Under the pieces are notes generated by a model. It had not been told where the DNA came from, searched no databases, and worked only from the letters and a program-made list of their open reading frames with translations. DNA of 64,000 nucleotides, from the IMG/VR virus record IMGVR_UViG_3300009370_000007, positions 1-64,000 of that record, one strand, 5' to 3'. This document shows, in pieces, positions 54,544 to 64,000 of this stretch (position 1 is the stretch's first letter; each line of letters begins with the position of its first letter). The stretch is from a virus. The position numbers and the translations under genes were made by a program.

Positions 54544-57500
54544 TTAATCTGAAACTATGATACGAGAATTTTCACCATCGAGCGTCATTTTACCACTAGT
54601 TCCTATTCCATATTTAGATTTGAAATCTCCGAGCGTAATACTGCCTGCATTAATTTCATCAACATCCAGGGTTCCGACTGCCCTTGCGAGTTTCGGTCCT
54701 GCAAGGAAGTAATGGGCTCCTTGAGCGTTCGGGGAGATGTTGTCACCAACAGTTCCCCAGGTTCCTACTCTGGCACCAAGAGAAAATTCAACACCCACAG
54801 TCATATATGAAATTTCTGGTCTGACTGTTTGTGGAATTTGGTCTGGACTAATAATTCCACGATCTCGAATCGACCAAACTCTATTGATTTCATGCCCAGA
54901 CCTTCCATATTCTACTGCTGCCCCGTTTCCTGTAAAGTTAATTTCTCTCCATCCATACTTATATCTTCCAAAATTTTTGGTTAATGGATCTGCGTCTGTT
55001 GTTCCTGCTGAATAAACACTACCAGACACATGAGAAAGTCCGGCCGAGGGCTGATGGAATGGTTCTGTCCAGGGCCCTACAATCTTTCCACATCGGGTTC
55101 CATCGGCAGCAAAGAATTCTGCACAGGCTCTAATGATGTTGTTTGCCTTGCCTGTACGATTCGTTCCTGCCCCATCTTGTAGAGCGCCGTACCTATCCGT
55201 ATCAGTATCCCAATGATCTGGGCCCCAGATGTTTTTATCGTCGGGCCCGGGATCGACGGATCTATACCCGGGGTGATTATATCTATCAGTATTTCCGGCC
55301 TGCGGGGGTTTTGGTGTGCCATCATGGTATAAAGTTCCATGATCCTGAGAATCAAGTTTTCTTGCCCATATTGAGAAAGAGAAAACTGTATTTGCCGGGG
55401 AGACAAGTCTTCGATTTGCCGGGTTGGTCACATCAGTTCCTACATTGGATGTAGGACCAATTGTATATCGCATTTCGTTCCGGCCGGAACCGCCGACAAC
55501 GTATCCCTCCCCCATTAATTTGACTGGATTTTGTGCTTGACCATGAGTACCAAACATTACCTTGTTGTGAGAGATCGCGACTCGCGCCCTGTCGGCCTCC
55601 CAATCAGATTGAGAACCAGTTTCCCAATCAGATTCATACCACCATCCTACGCTTCCTCCATTACTATGGTAGCCAGGGGGAAGCCATACAGACATGAACA
55701 TCTTACTGTTATCTGCACTCAGGGTTACTGTTCCCCCGTCTGATGAATATGCATCAGGGTGTGTAATGTGATCTGCCCCATCCTGATAGTCAATAAGACT
55801 CCAATGCGTTCCTGCACCACCATTGAGTCTGTTAACCTCTGCAACTGTCCAATGTAGATTTGCAGTAATAATATTGCCCGCGGCCGGGTTGAGGTACCCA
55901 CTAATATCAGGATGACTATAATCAAATGTAACATTTGCTGTACACTGGCCATCATTATGACCATTTGCCCATCTATCATAGGCACAATGCGCCCGAATCT
56001 GTTCTTCAATTCCATATCCAATTGATTCTGTGAGTCCACTATCTACTCCTGTGACTCGATGAACTCCGGGGGATGGATACTGTAGATAACCATGAATAAA
56101 ATCTGGATCAAAGATTAGATTGTTATATCCACCGAGAACTTCAAGGTGTCCTGTGAGGATGGCACCCGATCCAATAGATTGACTCGTTAATGTTCCTGCA
56201 TTAATCTTTTCTCCACTAAGACCCTCAATCATTGTGTCGGTAATCTGTACATCACCAGTATCCGCAATCATATCTGCAATTTCGCTGCCGGTGCCGCCTA
56301 GTGCTTCAATAACGGACGCATAATTTACTGAAACATCACCAATCAATGAATTATCAGTTTCAGGTCTTCCGGCAAAGTCGCCAGCATAGGAGTCCCGTCC
56401 TGCTGATCCACGCCAAATTTCAACTTCATGAATACTTGGTATTGTTCTAGAATCTGATGTATCGCTAGCAATATGCCAATGCTGTGGGGCCCCGCCATCG
56501 CTATCTTGGATTCCGTCAGTCTCGGCGGCACTAGTCCACCATGTATTACCCACAAAGATCCTCAATGTTCCAACAAATTGACCGACAGGATCTATGGTTG
56601 GAAGAGAAATTCCTTCTGGATTTCTTCCGGCATATTTTGCATTTGTTGGATCTTGTTGTTCTATGGTTGGAAAAAATACTGCATCAGGTCCTGTATTTGC
56701 AAGAAGCAACGGTCGAGAGTTTGCCCATGATTTTGGATCTTCAACAGAACTTACTGTAGGATAATCAGTATCAAGACCAGTAAAGACTCCTGCAACATTT
56801 GTCCAAGTTGCTCCGGGGGAATCTGCCTTTGCTATGATTGCATATTGATATTTTGTTACTCCGTCTCGTATTCCCGTAGTAAAATCAGTAATATTCTGCC
56901 CCCAATAGATATGTATTGAAGTTGCCCAAAGATGATTATTATAATCTTCCTCATTATTAACAAATGTTGGATGTTGATTTGCTCGAAATTCAATCCAGCT
57001 ATCTTCGCCATCTTTACCGTGACGAGCACCCCGGGTCCAATGGGGTTGATGAAGATATTTGTCACCATCTGCTAATCTATCTAATATTGTTGCAGTCGTT
57101 TCATCCTCATAAACAATTCCACCACCAGCACCACCCGACGAAGATAACTCTCTGGCCCAGTTACTACTTACCCCCGGTTGATCGACATCCGTAATAATAA
57201 CATCAGAACTGTTTCGTATGGTTCTTGGAGAGGCAGGCGCGAGGGACCAAATATCAATAACATCAAAGTCGGGATCTTTAGAAACTCTTGCGTCTCCAAT
57301 AACTAATATTTCTTTATCGTTCGGATAAATGTAATGCCAATCCCCTTCACCATCATCATATCTCCATGTAGACCACCCACCAGAACTATTTGCTCGACGA
57401 GCCGTGGGCTGGGCAAATGCAAAATGTCTTGATTCTCCCCCGGTGGCGGGTGAAAAAACTCCTGCCGTTCCAGATATGGCATTAGTCTGATAAAGAATGT

Positions 57501-60500
57501 ATCCATCATCCTTTGTTCCAGTTATTCCAACCTTTATTGGACCATGCTTCGCTTCGGTAAGTTTGTGAACTGTAAGGTCGTCGCCAAATTCATCAGTAGT
57601 CTCTTCTCTTGTTTGAATAAATCCATTTACTGGGGCAGCCTGGGCGTCTTGATTATATCCATGTAGATATGCATATTGGTCATTCACTTGGCTAAAGCCG
57701 GGCCCACGTTTGTTCCTAACTGAAAGGTACAAATGCCGACCATCAGTTGCGCCGGGTTGAAATGGTTTCATCCTATCAATAGTATCACCATCTTCATATA
57801 CAAACCCACCAAGATCAAGATCCTGATCTCCGGGGTGAGTAATAAAGAGCCCCTGAATTTCTGGGACTGTCAATACTCGATCATAGTATCTTGCCTCGTC
57901 AAAGTTTGCTACCATCTCTTTAGATGTACCAAAGCCTGATGCAATTCCTCCAAGGTGAACATTAACCGATGGAGCAGGCTGGCTAACTGTTATAGTAGTA
58001 TTGGTATTTGCATATACAAGACCATCATCAACATTATAGATAAAGAATGATTGTTTTGATTTATTGAAATCCCAGGTTGTAACAACAAAATTCCAGGTAT
58101 TCTGTTTTATGGCACCTGTTCCGGTAAATGTTCCTCGCTGGCCAGGGCTCGTTCCAAATCCAATATAATGTTCTGGTCCTCCTCCCGCTTCCCAAAACAT
58201 TGCATTAGAATAATGACCGTTTGCGCGTCTATCATTAGAAGAATATTCAACCCAAAGGTCTTTTTGCTCTAGTGTGGCATAAGAACGACCTGTTTTATTA
58301 GCATTTCCAAATCTACCATAGTTAGTGTACCCAGCATCCCAAATTGCCGACTCAGTAGCTATATCATCATAGGCAATTGGTTTGAACCATACTGCAAGGG
58401 TTCGTTCTTTGGTGTCCTGTCCCCACAAGGGTTCATCCTCATCAATTAAGTCAACAATTACTCCGGCACCATCAGTTGAACTATTAATTTCGGCATTTGA
58501 AGTAAATGAATGTCCTATGATGGCATCGGTACTCCTATGGAGTTTATTGACCACATTGGCATACCCGTTTTGGTTCGTCCCCGTCACACGAACAAGTGCC
58601 GGTCCCATATCTCCTGCATAGTCATGGAAGACGTTTGCCACCAATCCCTTCGTTCCATTATAAACCTTTGTGGTGCCACCGAATGCCGGGCCACCTCGTT
58701 TCAATGCACCTTCTTTGAATGCTCCATCAAACTTCCAATGCCCCCGAAGACCGTCTGAATCTGGAGCAGCAGGAGGTTGAATTGTTCCAACCAAATACCA
58801 ACCAGATTTTGCATCGGAACTTGTATTTGCAAACATATAAATTGAATTTGAAGTTCTATTTGTTGAATTTGCCTGATATACAAATTCAAGATTGAGATCC
58901 GTATTCAGCCAGCGATCTCCATCGGGCGCAGGATTGGCAATTCCCGACTGTGTTTTTGTTGGATCAGGGCCCCAAGGATTCCAATTTCCTCCACGTTCAT
59001 GCGACATTCCTTCATAGATCCGTACTGCGCCATCAGAAAGTCCACGATTCCAATTGATCGACGGACCTTCGTCGGGAGCCATGAAGAAAGTTGGTTCTAG
59101 TGCCGAAGCCCCAGCATACGAAGTATCGCCTGCGACTTGTTCTAATTGGAGTCCTGCAAAATGCCAATTTGTTATAGCACCGGGAGTTGCTGAAAGATGT
59201 TGACGAATATCAAGTCTTGGAATAATCCGAGTAAATGTATTTGCATATAAATTGTGCGAACCTGTATCATTGGTATATTCATCAATGTCTCCGCTAAGAT
59301 CAAATAACCAAGATAGACGTTTCCATTCGTTAACTGCATCGGGGCCCTGCCGTAATTGACTGAGGGAAACATCAGAATATTCCAGCCCCCAAACATAACC
59401 ACCATGAAAGGCATCCAAAGAACCATCTATGGTTGATGAATTTGCCCCAGTAAATGTGGCTCGAACACCATGACCGACTTGAGGAAGAACATCTGTTTTA
59501 ACATAGGCAGAGAATAACCACTTACTTGCCTTTGGAATATTGATAGCAAAGTCGGAACCGAAACGCTTTCTGGAGTCTGTGCCCTGAAGCATTGGATTTG
59601 TTGTGTTTGCAAATGATAATGCAACACCATAATTTGGCGAGGCATTAGCAGTCACTACTACCTTTAATGTCCTTCCTCCAACGGGAGATTCTTGAGTATC
59701 ATCGAAACCAACTGAGGTCACAATACTCGAAACTTCTGTGCCCGAATCGGGGACGAGTTCAAGTGCTTGATGAGTAATCGGATAGGGTCGTTGAATTGCT
59801 GTTGCAGGAGCATGGGTTAGTGCGCCAACAATACTATAATCATCATCGCGAGAATCAAATAACGAATATCCCCGTGGCATATAATTCTTGTTGCTGCCCA
59901 AAGAAGCCAAATAATTTGTTAGAAAGAATTTACCGAATGCTCCAAGGGGGGCATAACCGGGGGTACTGCCTGCGCCAATATCATATGTATAGGTATTTGG
60001 ATTAGCCCAATACCCATCCGGCCCGGGAGGAATTGTGGCACTAGTATTCTGCCACCGCGAAATGCTCCAACTATTTACTGTTGGATACCTTCCCGTATCT
60101 ACCCAAATATCACCATTGGCTACATTTGGATATGGATTAGTAGGCTGAATAAATGCTACAATTTCGTTGTCATCTAAAATTTCAACCTGTTTAAGTCTCT
60201 CTATTAATCCTCCAGAATGATCTTCACCACTACCAAGAGGTCCAAGGAGACTGTCAAGACCATCTCCGGTAGTCAATGCAGCAGTCACACTCTGAAGAGA
60301 TGTTTGGGCAGTTTCAAGTCTTCCTGCATTTCCAGAAAGATTTCGCTCGATCTCAAGAACAGTCTGATCTCTTATTTCATACCAACCAGAATGTCCCTTT
60401 GTGGACTTGGGGAATTTTTGACCAACAGCAAGATCAGCACCAGGAAACGGATTCGTCGCAGACACATAATAAAATGCTTCACAACCAAGATTCGCCGTAC

Positions 60501-63500
60501 CTGTATCATTGGACACTGCCCAGACGGCACTATCATTTGCATGGTATCGGAATACCGCAAAATTATTTGCAGTATCACACCAAAAATCTCCATGAGGATC
60601 TGCAACAACTCGACCGTTTTGATCGTAACGAGGATCAGGTCCAAAATAATTCGGATCAGTTCCCCGATGATCGGCCAAGTGGGAAATCATTGCTCTATCT
60701 GTGAGGCCCCGGCTCCAGCTCATTCCCGGTCCTTCGTCCGAAGTAATGTAGGCGCTCGGCAATAGGGCTTCAACATCTGGATGAATTTCTTCTAATTGAA
60801 ATGCATCAAAATTTATATGGGATGCAATATGATCTATTTGAATCCCCGGAATAAGATGAGTTACATTCGCATTATGGCTCTTTGTCAAATCAATAATACA
60901 TGAATATCGGTGAAATGTCACTCCATCGGTTGAAGCTGGAAGGTCAACAGCAGAAACGCTATTTGCAAAAATATGAGAAGCCGATCCCACGTTTGAAGTA
61001 TACCAAGAGAATTTCAATCCATCTGTTATTGCTGTGTCTGATTTAACATATGCAGAATAAATCCATTTTCTTCCCTTTGGTACAAGAATTCCATATTTCC
61101 TAAAGGTTGCAATATCTGGGGTTGCAACTGGTTCAGCCGCTCTGGTACTTCTGGTATTTGCAAATAGAATTTGCATATAACTAGAAGTAGTGCCAGCTAT
61201 TGTCATCTTCAAACTGTTTTCGCCAATATGTCCTACTGTATCGTCAATTGTAACAGTAGTCGAGTATTGGGGAATACCAATGGCATATGGCGTATTTGAT
61301 GCCTTGCTAGTCTCTGTTATTAAATAATCATAATGCTGCTCATCAAACAAAGAGATTGGGCGAGGGAAGTAGTTCTTGGATCGGTTGGTTGCCTCTAGGT
61401 ATGCCTGTAGATAGAATGAACCCAGGCCAGAAATCTCATAGTCAGGCGGGCCTTCCCATCTAACCTTTTTTGTCCCTGGAGGAAATCCTGTGTCTGGATT
61501 AGTTGGATCGTAAGTAGTTTCTGAATAATTATTAACAAATGTTGACACGCTCCATGTATTCACACGATCAAAATCATCCAAAACAGAGGTATTAATCCAA
61601 ACATCATTATTGCCCAATGGAGTAGGTTCAGTCGGTTGAATGAATGTTTTAATATCTCGATCTGCCTTGGCTGCTGCATCAGCAGCATCTTGAATTCCTT
61701 TAAGTGCATCGGATACTGCCGAATAGGCTGTTGCATTAACAACATAAATTGATGCATCACGCATCTCATACCAACCCGATTTTGGATTGCTTTCGGCAAG
61801 TTTATTATTTGGATAACGGAATACATAGGGAGTGAGATTTGCCGTTCCAGTTCCTTGATATGTTCCAACAGCATTTTGATAATATCGGAAAAGCTGATTA
61901 TTATTTGAACCGGGTTCTGTATTAAGCCACATATCTCCATGAGGACGTTGATTCGGCTGACCCGTAGGAGTGGTTTCTGGAAGTGGTCCGTATCCTCTCC
62001 ACTTTGCACTAGAAGGATAAGTCGCGACTTGGATTTGAGCCGCTGAATTTGCAAAGAAGGTAACAACCTTACCAGAAGTTTCACTATAACTTTGTAGATA
62101 CATCAATCCAATTGCATTGTTCGGGGCTCGATGCCACGTTAATGTGTTGCCGCCTCCGTCTTCATGGTCAGTTGGGATCATCCCCTCCGAGTCGTGCGCT
62201 CCAGAGTTTGCAACAAAGATTGCACCGAGATTTGCTGTTCCATTTGGATTAACAGTTTTATTTTGATGAATCCAGACATCACCATTTCCTGTTGGCTTAA
62301 AATCATCAACATCTGCATTATGATTTTCAAAGAATGCAATGATTTCTCGATCTGCTGCTGCCTGGGCGGCGCTAGCAAGAATTTCTGCCGTATAAACTTT
62401 TTTATCACGAATATCATACCAACCGGAATTGCTGGAGGCTGTTGGAGTTTCTCCTGGTCCATGAATTGCAGCATAGGTATGAGCATGAACTCCTGTTCCT
62501 TGATATACTGCACTACTGTTTGCAAAGTATCGGAACATCATATTGTTGTTTGCACCGGCCTCAGTATTAATCCAGAAATCTCCATGTGGCTCTGGATTTG
62601 GATACCCCGAAGGAGTTATTTCTGGATTTGGACCCATAGGCCCTGGTGCTTCATTCCCATAGAATGCAACAAGTTTTCCGTCTGTAATCCTTCTTCCAAA
62701 GATGACTGCTACACCATCGGAAGGCTCTTTAAATTCAGATGCAGTTCTATTATCCCCAACCGCTTCTTCCAATTGGAATGCATCAAGATTTACAATATTG
62801 GCTGTTCGTTTTATTTGAATCCCTGGAATAATATGAGTAGAATTTGCGCTATCGCCACTCGTTAAATCAATAACACATTCATATCGAGTAAAAACTGTTT
62901 CATTATCCTGTTCTATAAGATCGAAAGCAGAGGAAGTAGCCGGGTATCCAGATGCGTCATACTCACCATTTAAGCCCAAAATATGAGAAGCCGAACCTAC
63001 ATTTGAGGTATACCAAGAAAATTTTAATCCACTTGCCAGGGCTTCATTCGATTTAACATAGGCAGAATAAATCCATTTTTTCCCCTTTGGAATAGGAATA
63101 CCATATTCTCTAAAGGTTGCAATATCTGGAGTTGCTCTAGCCAAAACATCACTTTCAGTATTTGCAAACAAAATTTGTAACATAGTACCGGAAGAACCAA
63201 CAGTTGTTAATTTTAGACTGTTTTCTCCAATATGTCCTACTGTATCATCAAGAGTAACTGAACCATAGGCATCGTTAAATGTACCAATGACATATGGTAT
63301 GTCTGATGCCTGTGAATCCTCTGTTATTAAATAGTCATAAGTCGGTGCATCAAATAACGAAAGTCCACGCGGCATAATATTTGTCCCACGATTAAATTTG
63401 CCCAGGACCCCAGCCGCGTAACTTTCGAGATACATTCTTCCGATGGCACTATCTGGAGCAGTATTCCAATAAAGTATTTGTCCATCGCGGGTGACGCCAG

Positions 63501-63999
63501 TATCAATTGAAGGATATTCTCCTGCCATTGAAAGTGTATTTGCAATAAAGATTGCATTCAGATTCTTTATTCCTGTTGAGTCAATAACCTTATCTGTTTG
63601 AATCCATACATCGCCATTTCCCGTTGGAGTAAATGTACTAACAACTGTATCGGAGTCATAGAAGAATGCAAGAATTTCTCTATCGGCAGCATATTGGGCA
63701 GCCTTGCCTGCACTAAGGGCGCTAAGTGAAAGCGCGTTAACAGAATCTATTGCAGAATAACGAACCTCATACCATCCAGATTTTGCCTCTGCATATTGAG
63801 ATGGTGGCACACCAAAGGTTCCCCCGGATGGAACATTCTTATATGGTGCTAATTGCTGACCATATTCTCCGTCTAATGTTCCGTGGTATCCTCCGTTATT
63901 ATAATAATATAAATCAGAAACAAGATTTGCAGAACCAGTTCCATCATACACAGCAGAATTATTTGCATGATAACGATATAGTGTATTATTGTTTGCAGT
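54544..63999 (-). CDS. Giant tail fibre / host-specificity protein (N-terminus beyond the window) with repeated CBM-like and LamG-like domains
   Basis: The frame stays open to the window edge (TANNNTLYRYHANNSAVYDG...). Three ...KW(I/L)(Y/F)SAYVK...(F/L)QLE(E/Q) modules; GHWKFDG...DEARYYDRVLT LamG-like domain; KINAGTLT beta-helix-like motif. Confidence 0.8.
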   Translation of the reverse strand, partial: TANNNTLYRYHANNSAVYDGTGSANLVSDLYYYNNGGYHGTLDGEYGQQLAPYKNVPSGGTFGVPPSQYAEAKSGWYEVRYSAIDSVNALSLSALSAGKAAQYAADREILAFFYDSDTVVSTFTPTGNGDVWIQTDKVIDSTGIKNLNAIFIANTLSMAGEYPSIDTGVTRDGQILYWNTAPDSAIGRMYLESYAAGVLGKFNRGTNIMPRGLSLFDAPTYDYLITEDSQASDIPYVIGTFNDAYGSVTLDDTVGHIGENSLKLTTVGSSGTMLQILFANTESDVLARATPDIATFREYGIPIPKGKKWIYSAYVKSNEALASGLKFSWYTSNVGSASHILGLNGEYDASGYPATSSAFDLIEQDNETVFTRYECVIDLTSGDSANSTHIIPGIQIKRTANIVNLDAFQLEEAVGDNRTASEFKEPSDGVAVIFGRRITDGKLVAFYGNEAPGPMGPNPEITPSGYPNPEPHGDFWINTEAGANNNMMFRYFANSSAVYQGTGVHAHTYAAIHGPGETPTASSNSGWYDIRDKKVYTAEILASAAQAAADREIIAFFENHNADVDDFKPTGNGDVWIHQNKTVNPNGTANLGAIFVANSGAHDSEGMIPTDHEDGGGNTLTWHRAPNNAIGLMYLQSYSETSGKVVTFFANSAAQIQVATYPSSAKWRGYGPLPETTPTGQPNQRPHGDMWLNTEPGSNNNQLFRYYQNAVGTYQGTGTANLTPYVFRYPNNKLAESNPKSGWYEMRDASIYVVNATAYSAVSDALKGIQDAADAAAKADRDIKTFIQPTEPTPLGNNDVWINTSVLDDFDRVNTWSVSTFVNNYSETTYDPTNPDTGFPPGTKKVRWEGPPDYEISGLGSFYLQAYLEATNRSKNYFPRPISLFDEQHYDYLITETSKASNTPYAIGIPQYSTTVTIDDTVGHIGENSLKMTIAGTTSSYMQILFANTRSTRAAEPVATPDIATFRKYGILVPKGRKWIYSAYVKSDTAITDGLKFSWYTSNVGSASHIFANSVSAVDLPASTDGVTFHRYSCIIDLTKSHNANVTHLIPGIQIDHIASHINFDAFQLEEIHPDVEALLPSAYITSDEGPGMSWSRGLTDRAMISHLADHRGTDPNYFGPDPRYDQNGRVVADPHGDFWCDTANNFAVFRYHANDSAVWAVSNDTGTANLGCEAFYYVSATNPFPGADLAVGQKFPKSTKGHSGWYEIRDQTVLEIERNLSGNAGRLETAQTSLQSVTAALTTGDGLDSLLGPLGSGEDHSGGLIERLKQVEILDDNEIVAFIQPTNPYPNVANGDIWVDTGRYPTVNSWSISRWQNTSATIPPGPDGYWANPNTYTYDIGAGSTPGYAPLGAFGKFFLTNYLASLGSNKNYMPRGYSLFDSRDDDYSIVGALTHAPATAIQRPYPITHQALELVPDSGTEVSSIVTSVGFDDTQESPVGGRTLKVVVTANASPNYGVALSFANTTNPMLQGTDSRKRFGSDFAINIPKASKWLFSAYVKTDVLPQVGHGVRATFTGANSSTIDGSLDAFHGGYVWGLEYSDVSLSQLRQGPDAVNEWKRLSWLFDLSGDIDEYTNDTGSHNLYANTFTRIIPRLDIRQHLSATPGAITNWHFAGLQLEQVAGDTSYAGASALEPTFFMAPDEGPSINWNRGLSDGAVRIYEGMSHERGGNWNPWGPDPTKTQSGIANPAPDGDRWLNTDLNLEFVYQANSTNRTSNSIYMFANTSSDAKSGWYLVGTIQPPAAPDSDGLRGHWKFDGAFKEGALKRGGPAFGGTTKVYNGTKGLVANVFHDYAGDMGPALVRVTGTNQNGYANVVNKLHRSTDAIIGHSFTSNAEINSSTDGAGVIVDLIDEDEPLWGQDTKERTLAVWFKPIAYDDIATESAIWDAGYTNYGRFGNANKTGRSYATLEQKDLWVEYSSNDRRANGHYSNAMFWEAGGGPEHYIGFGTSPGQRGTFTGTGAIKQNTWNFVVTTWDFNKSKQSFFIYNVDDGLVYANTNTTITVSQPAPSVNVHLGGIASGFGTSKEMVANFDEARYYDRVLTVPEIQGLFITHPGDQDLDLGGFVYEDGDTIDRMKPFQPGATDGRHLYLSVRNKRGPGFSQVNDQYAYLHGYNQDAQAAPVNGFIQTREETTDEFGDDLTVHKLTEAKHGPIKVGITGTKDDGYILYQTNAISGTAGVFSPATGGESRHFAFAQPTARRANSSGGWSTWRYDDGEGDWHYIYPNDKEILVIGDARVSKDPDFDVIDIWSLAPASPRTIRNSSDVIITDVDQPGVSSNWARELSSSGGAGGGIVYEDETTATILDRLADGDKYLHQPHWTRGARHGKDGEDSWIEFRANQHPTFVNNEEDYNNHLWATSIHIYWGQNITDFTTGIRDGVTKYQYAIIAKADSPGATWTNVAGVFTGLDTDYPTVSSVEDPKSWANSRPLLLANTGPDAVFFPTIEQQDPTNAKYAGRNPEGISLPTIDPVGQFVGTLRIFVGNTWWTSAAETDGIQDSDGGAPQHWHIASDTSDSRTIPSIHEVEIWRGSAGRDSYAGDFAGRPETDNSLIGDVSVNYASVIEALGGTGSEIADMIADTGDVQITDTMIEGLSGEKINAGTLTSQSIGSGAILTGHLEVLGGYNNLIFDPDFIHGYLQYPSPGVHRVTGVDSGLTESIGYGIEEQIRAHCAYDRWANGHNDGQCTANVTFDYSHPDISGYLNPAAGNIITANLHWTVAEVNRLNGGAGTHWSLIDYQDGADHITHPDAYSSDGGTVTLSADNSKMFMSVWLPPGYHSNGGSVGWWYESDWETGSQSDWEADRARVAISHNKVMFGTHGQAQNPVKLMGEGYVVGGSGRNEMRYTIGPTSNVGTDVTNPANRRLVSPANTVFSFSIWARKLDSQDHGTLYHDGTPKPPQAGNTDRYNHPGYRSVDPGPDDKNIWGPDHWDTDTDRYGALQDGAGTNRTGKANNIIRACAEFFAADGTRCGKIVGPWTEPFHQPSAGLSHVSGSVYSAGTTDADPLTKNFGRYKYGWREINFTGNGAAVEYGRSGHEINRVWSIRDRGIISPDQIPQTVRPEISYMTVGVEFSLGARVGTWGTVGDNISPNAQGAHYFLAGPKLARAVGTLDVDEINAGSITLGDFKSKYGIGTSGKMTLDGENSRIIVSD

Positions 64000-64000
64000 A

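Noticed and set aside
54544-63999. Diversity-generating retroelement acting on the tail-protein repeats
   Set aside because: Differences between repeats are not confined to adenines, all copies are in-frame coding, and no reverse transcriptase is in the window.

Overview
This window is part of a large T4-like (Tevenvirinae/cyanomyovirus-type) myophage genome, probably environmental, and nearly all genes lie on the minus strand. In transcription order (right to left) it holds: a tail-fibre/adhesin block (a giant repeat protein of more than 3150 aa and three paralogous 'RIILG' proteins); gp13-gp20; an inserted collagen-fibre/gp38-like adhesin cassette; gp67-like and gp68-position genes; gp21-gp22-gp23; gp3, uvsY, uvsW, gp55, gp47 and gp46. 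An accessory block follows, with a Mom-like DNA-modification gene, two HNH endonucleases, an outer-membrane porin behind a structured leader, a glutaredoxin and two 2OG-Fe(II) oxygenases. After a repeat-rich intergenic region comes a ~10 kb late operon, the most striking part of the window. Eight of its genes start with a T4-internal-protein-like capsid-targeting peptide (MK[S/T]F...E). The operon is headed by a 1244-aa protein built from about 14 small basic domains separated by acidic [ILVM]-x-E linkers that resemble prohead-protease (gp21) sites. I infer a capsid-packaged, protease-processed polyprotein cargo system whose modules are shuffled between the polyprotein and stand-alone genes. 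All calls come from reading motifs by eye; no database searches were run.
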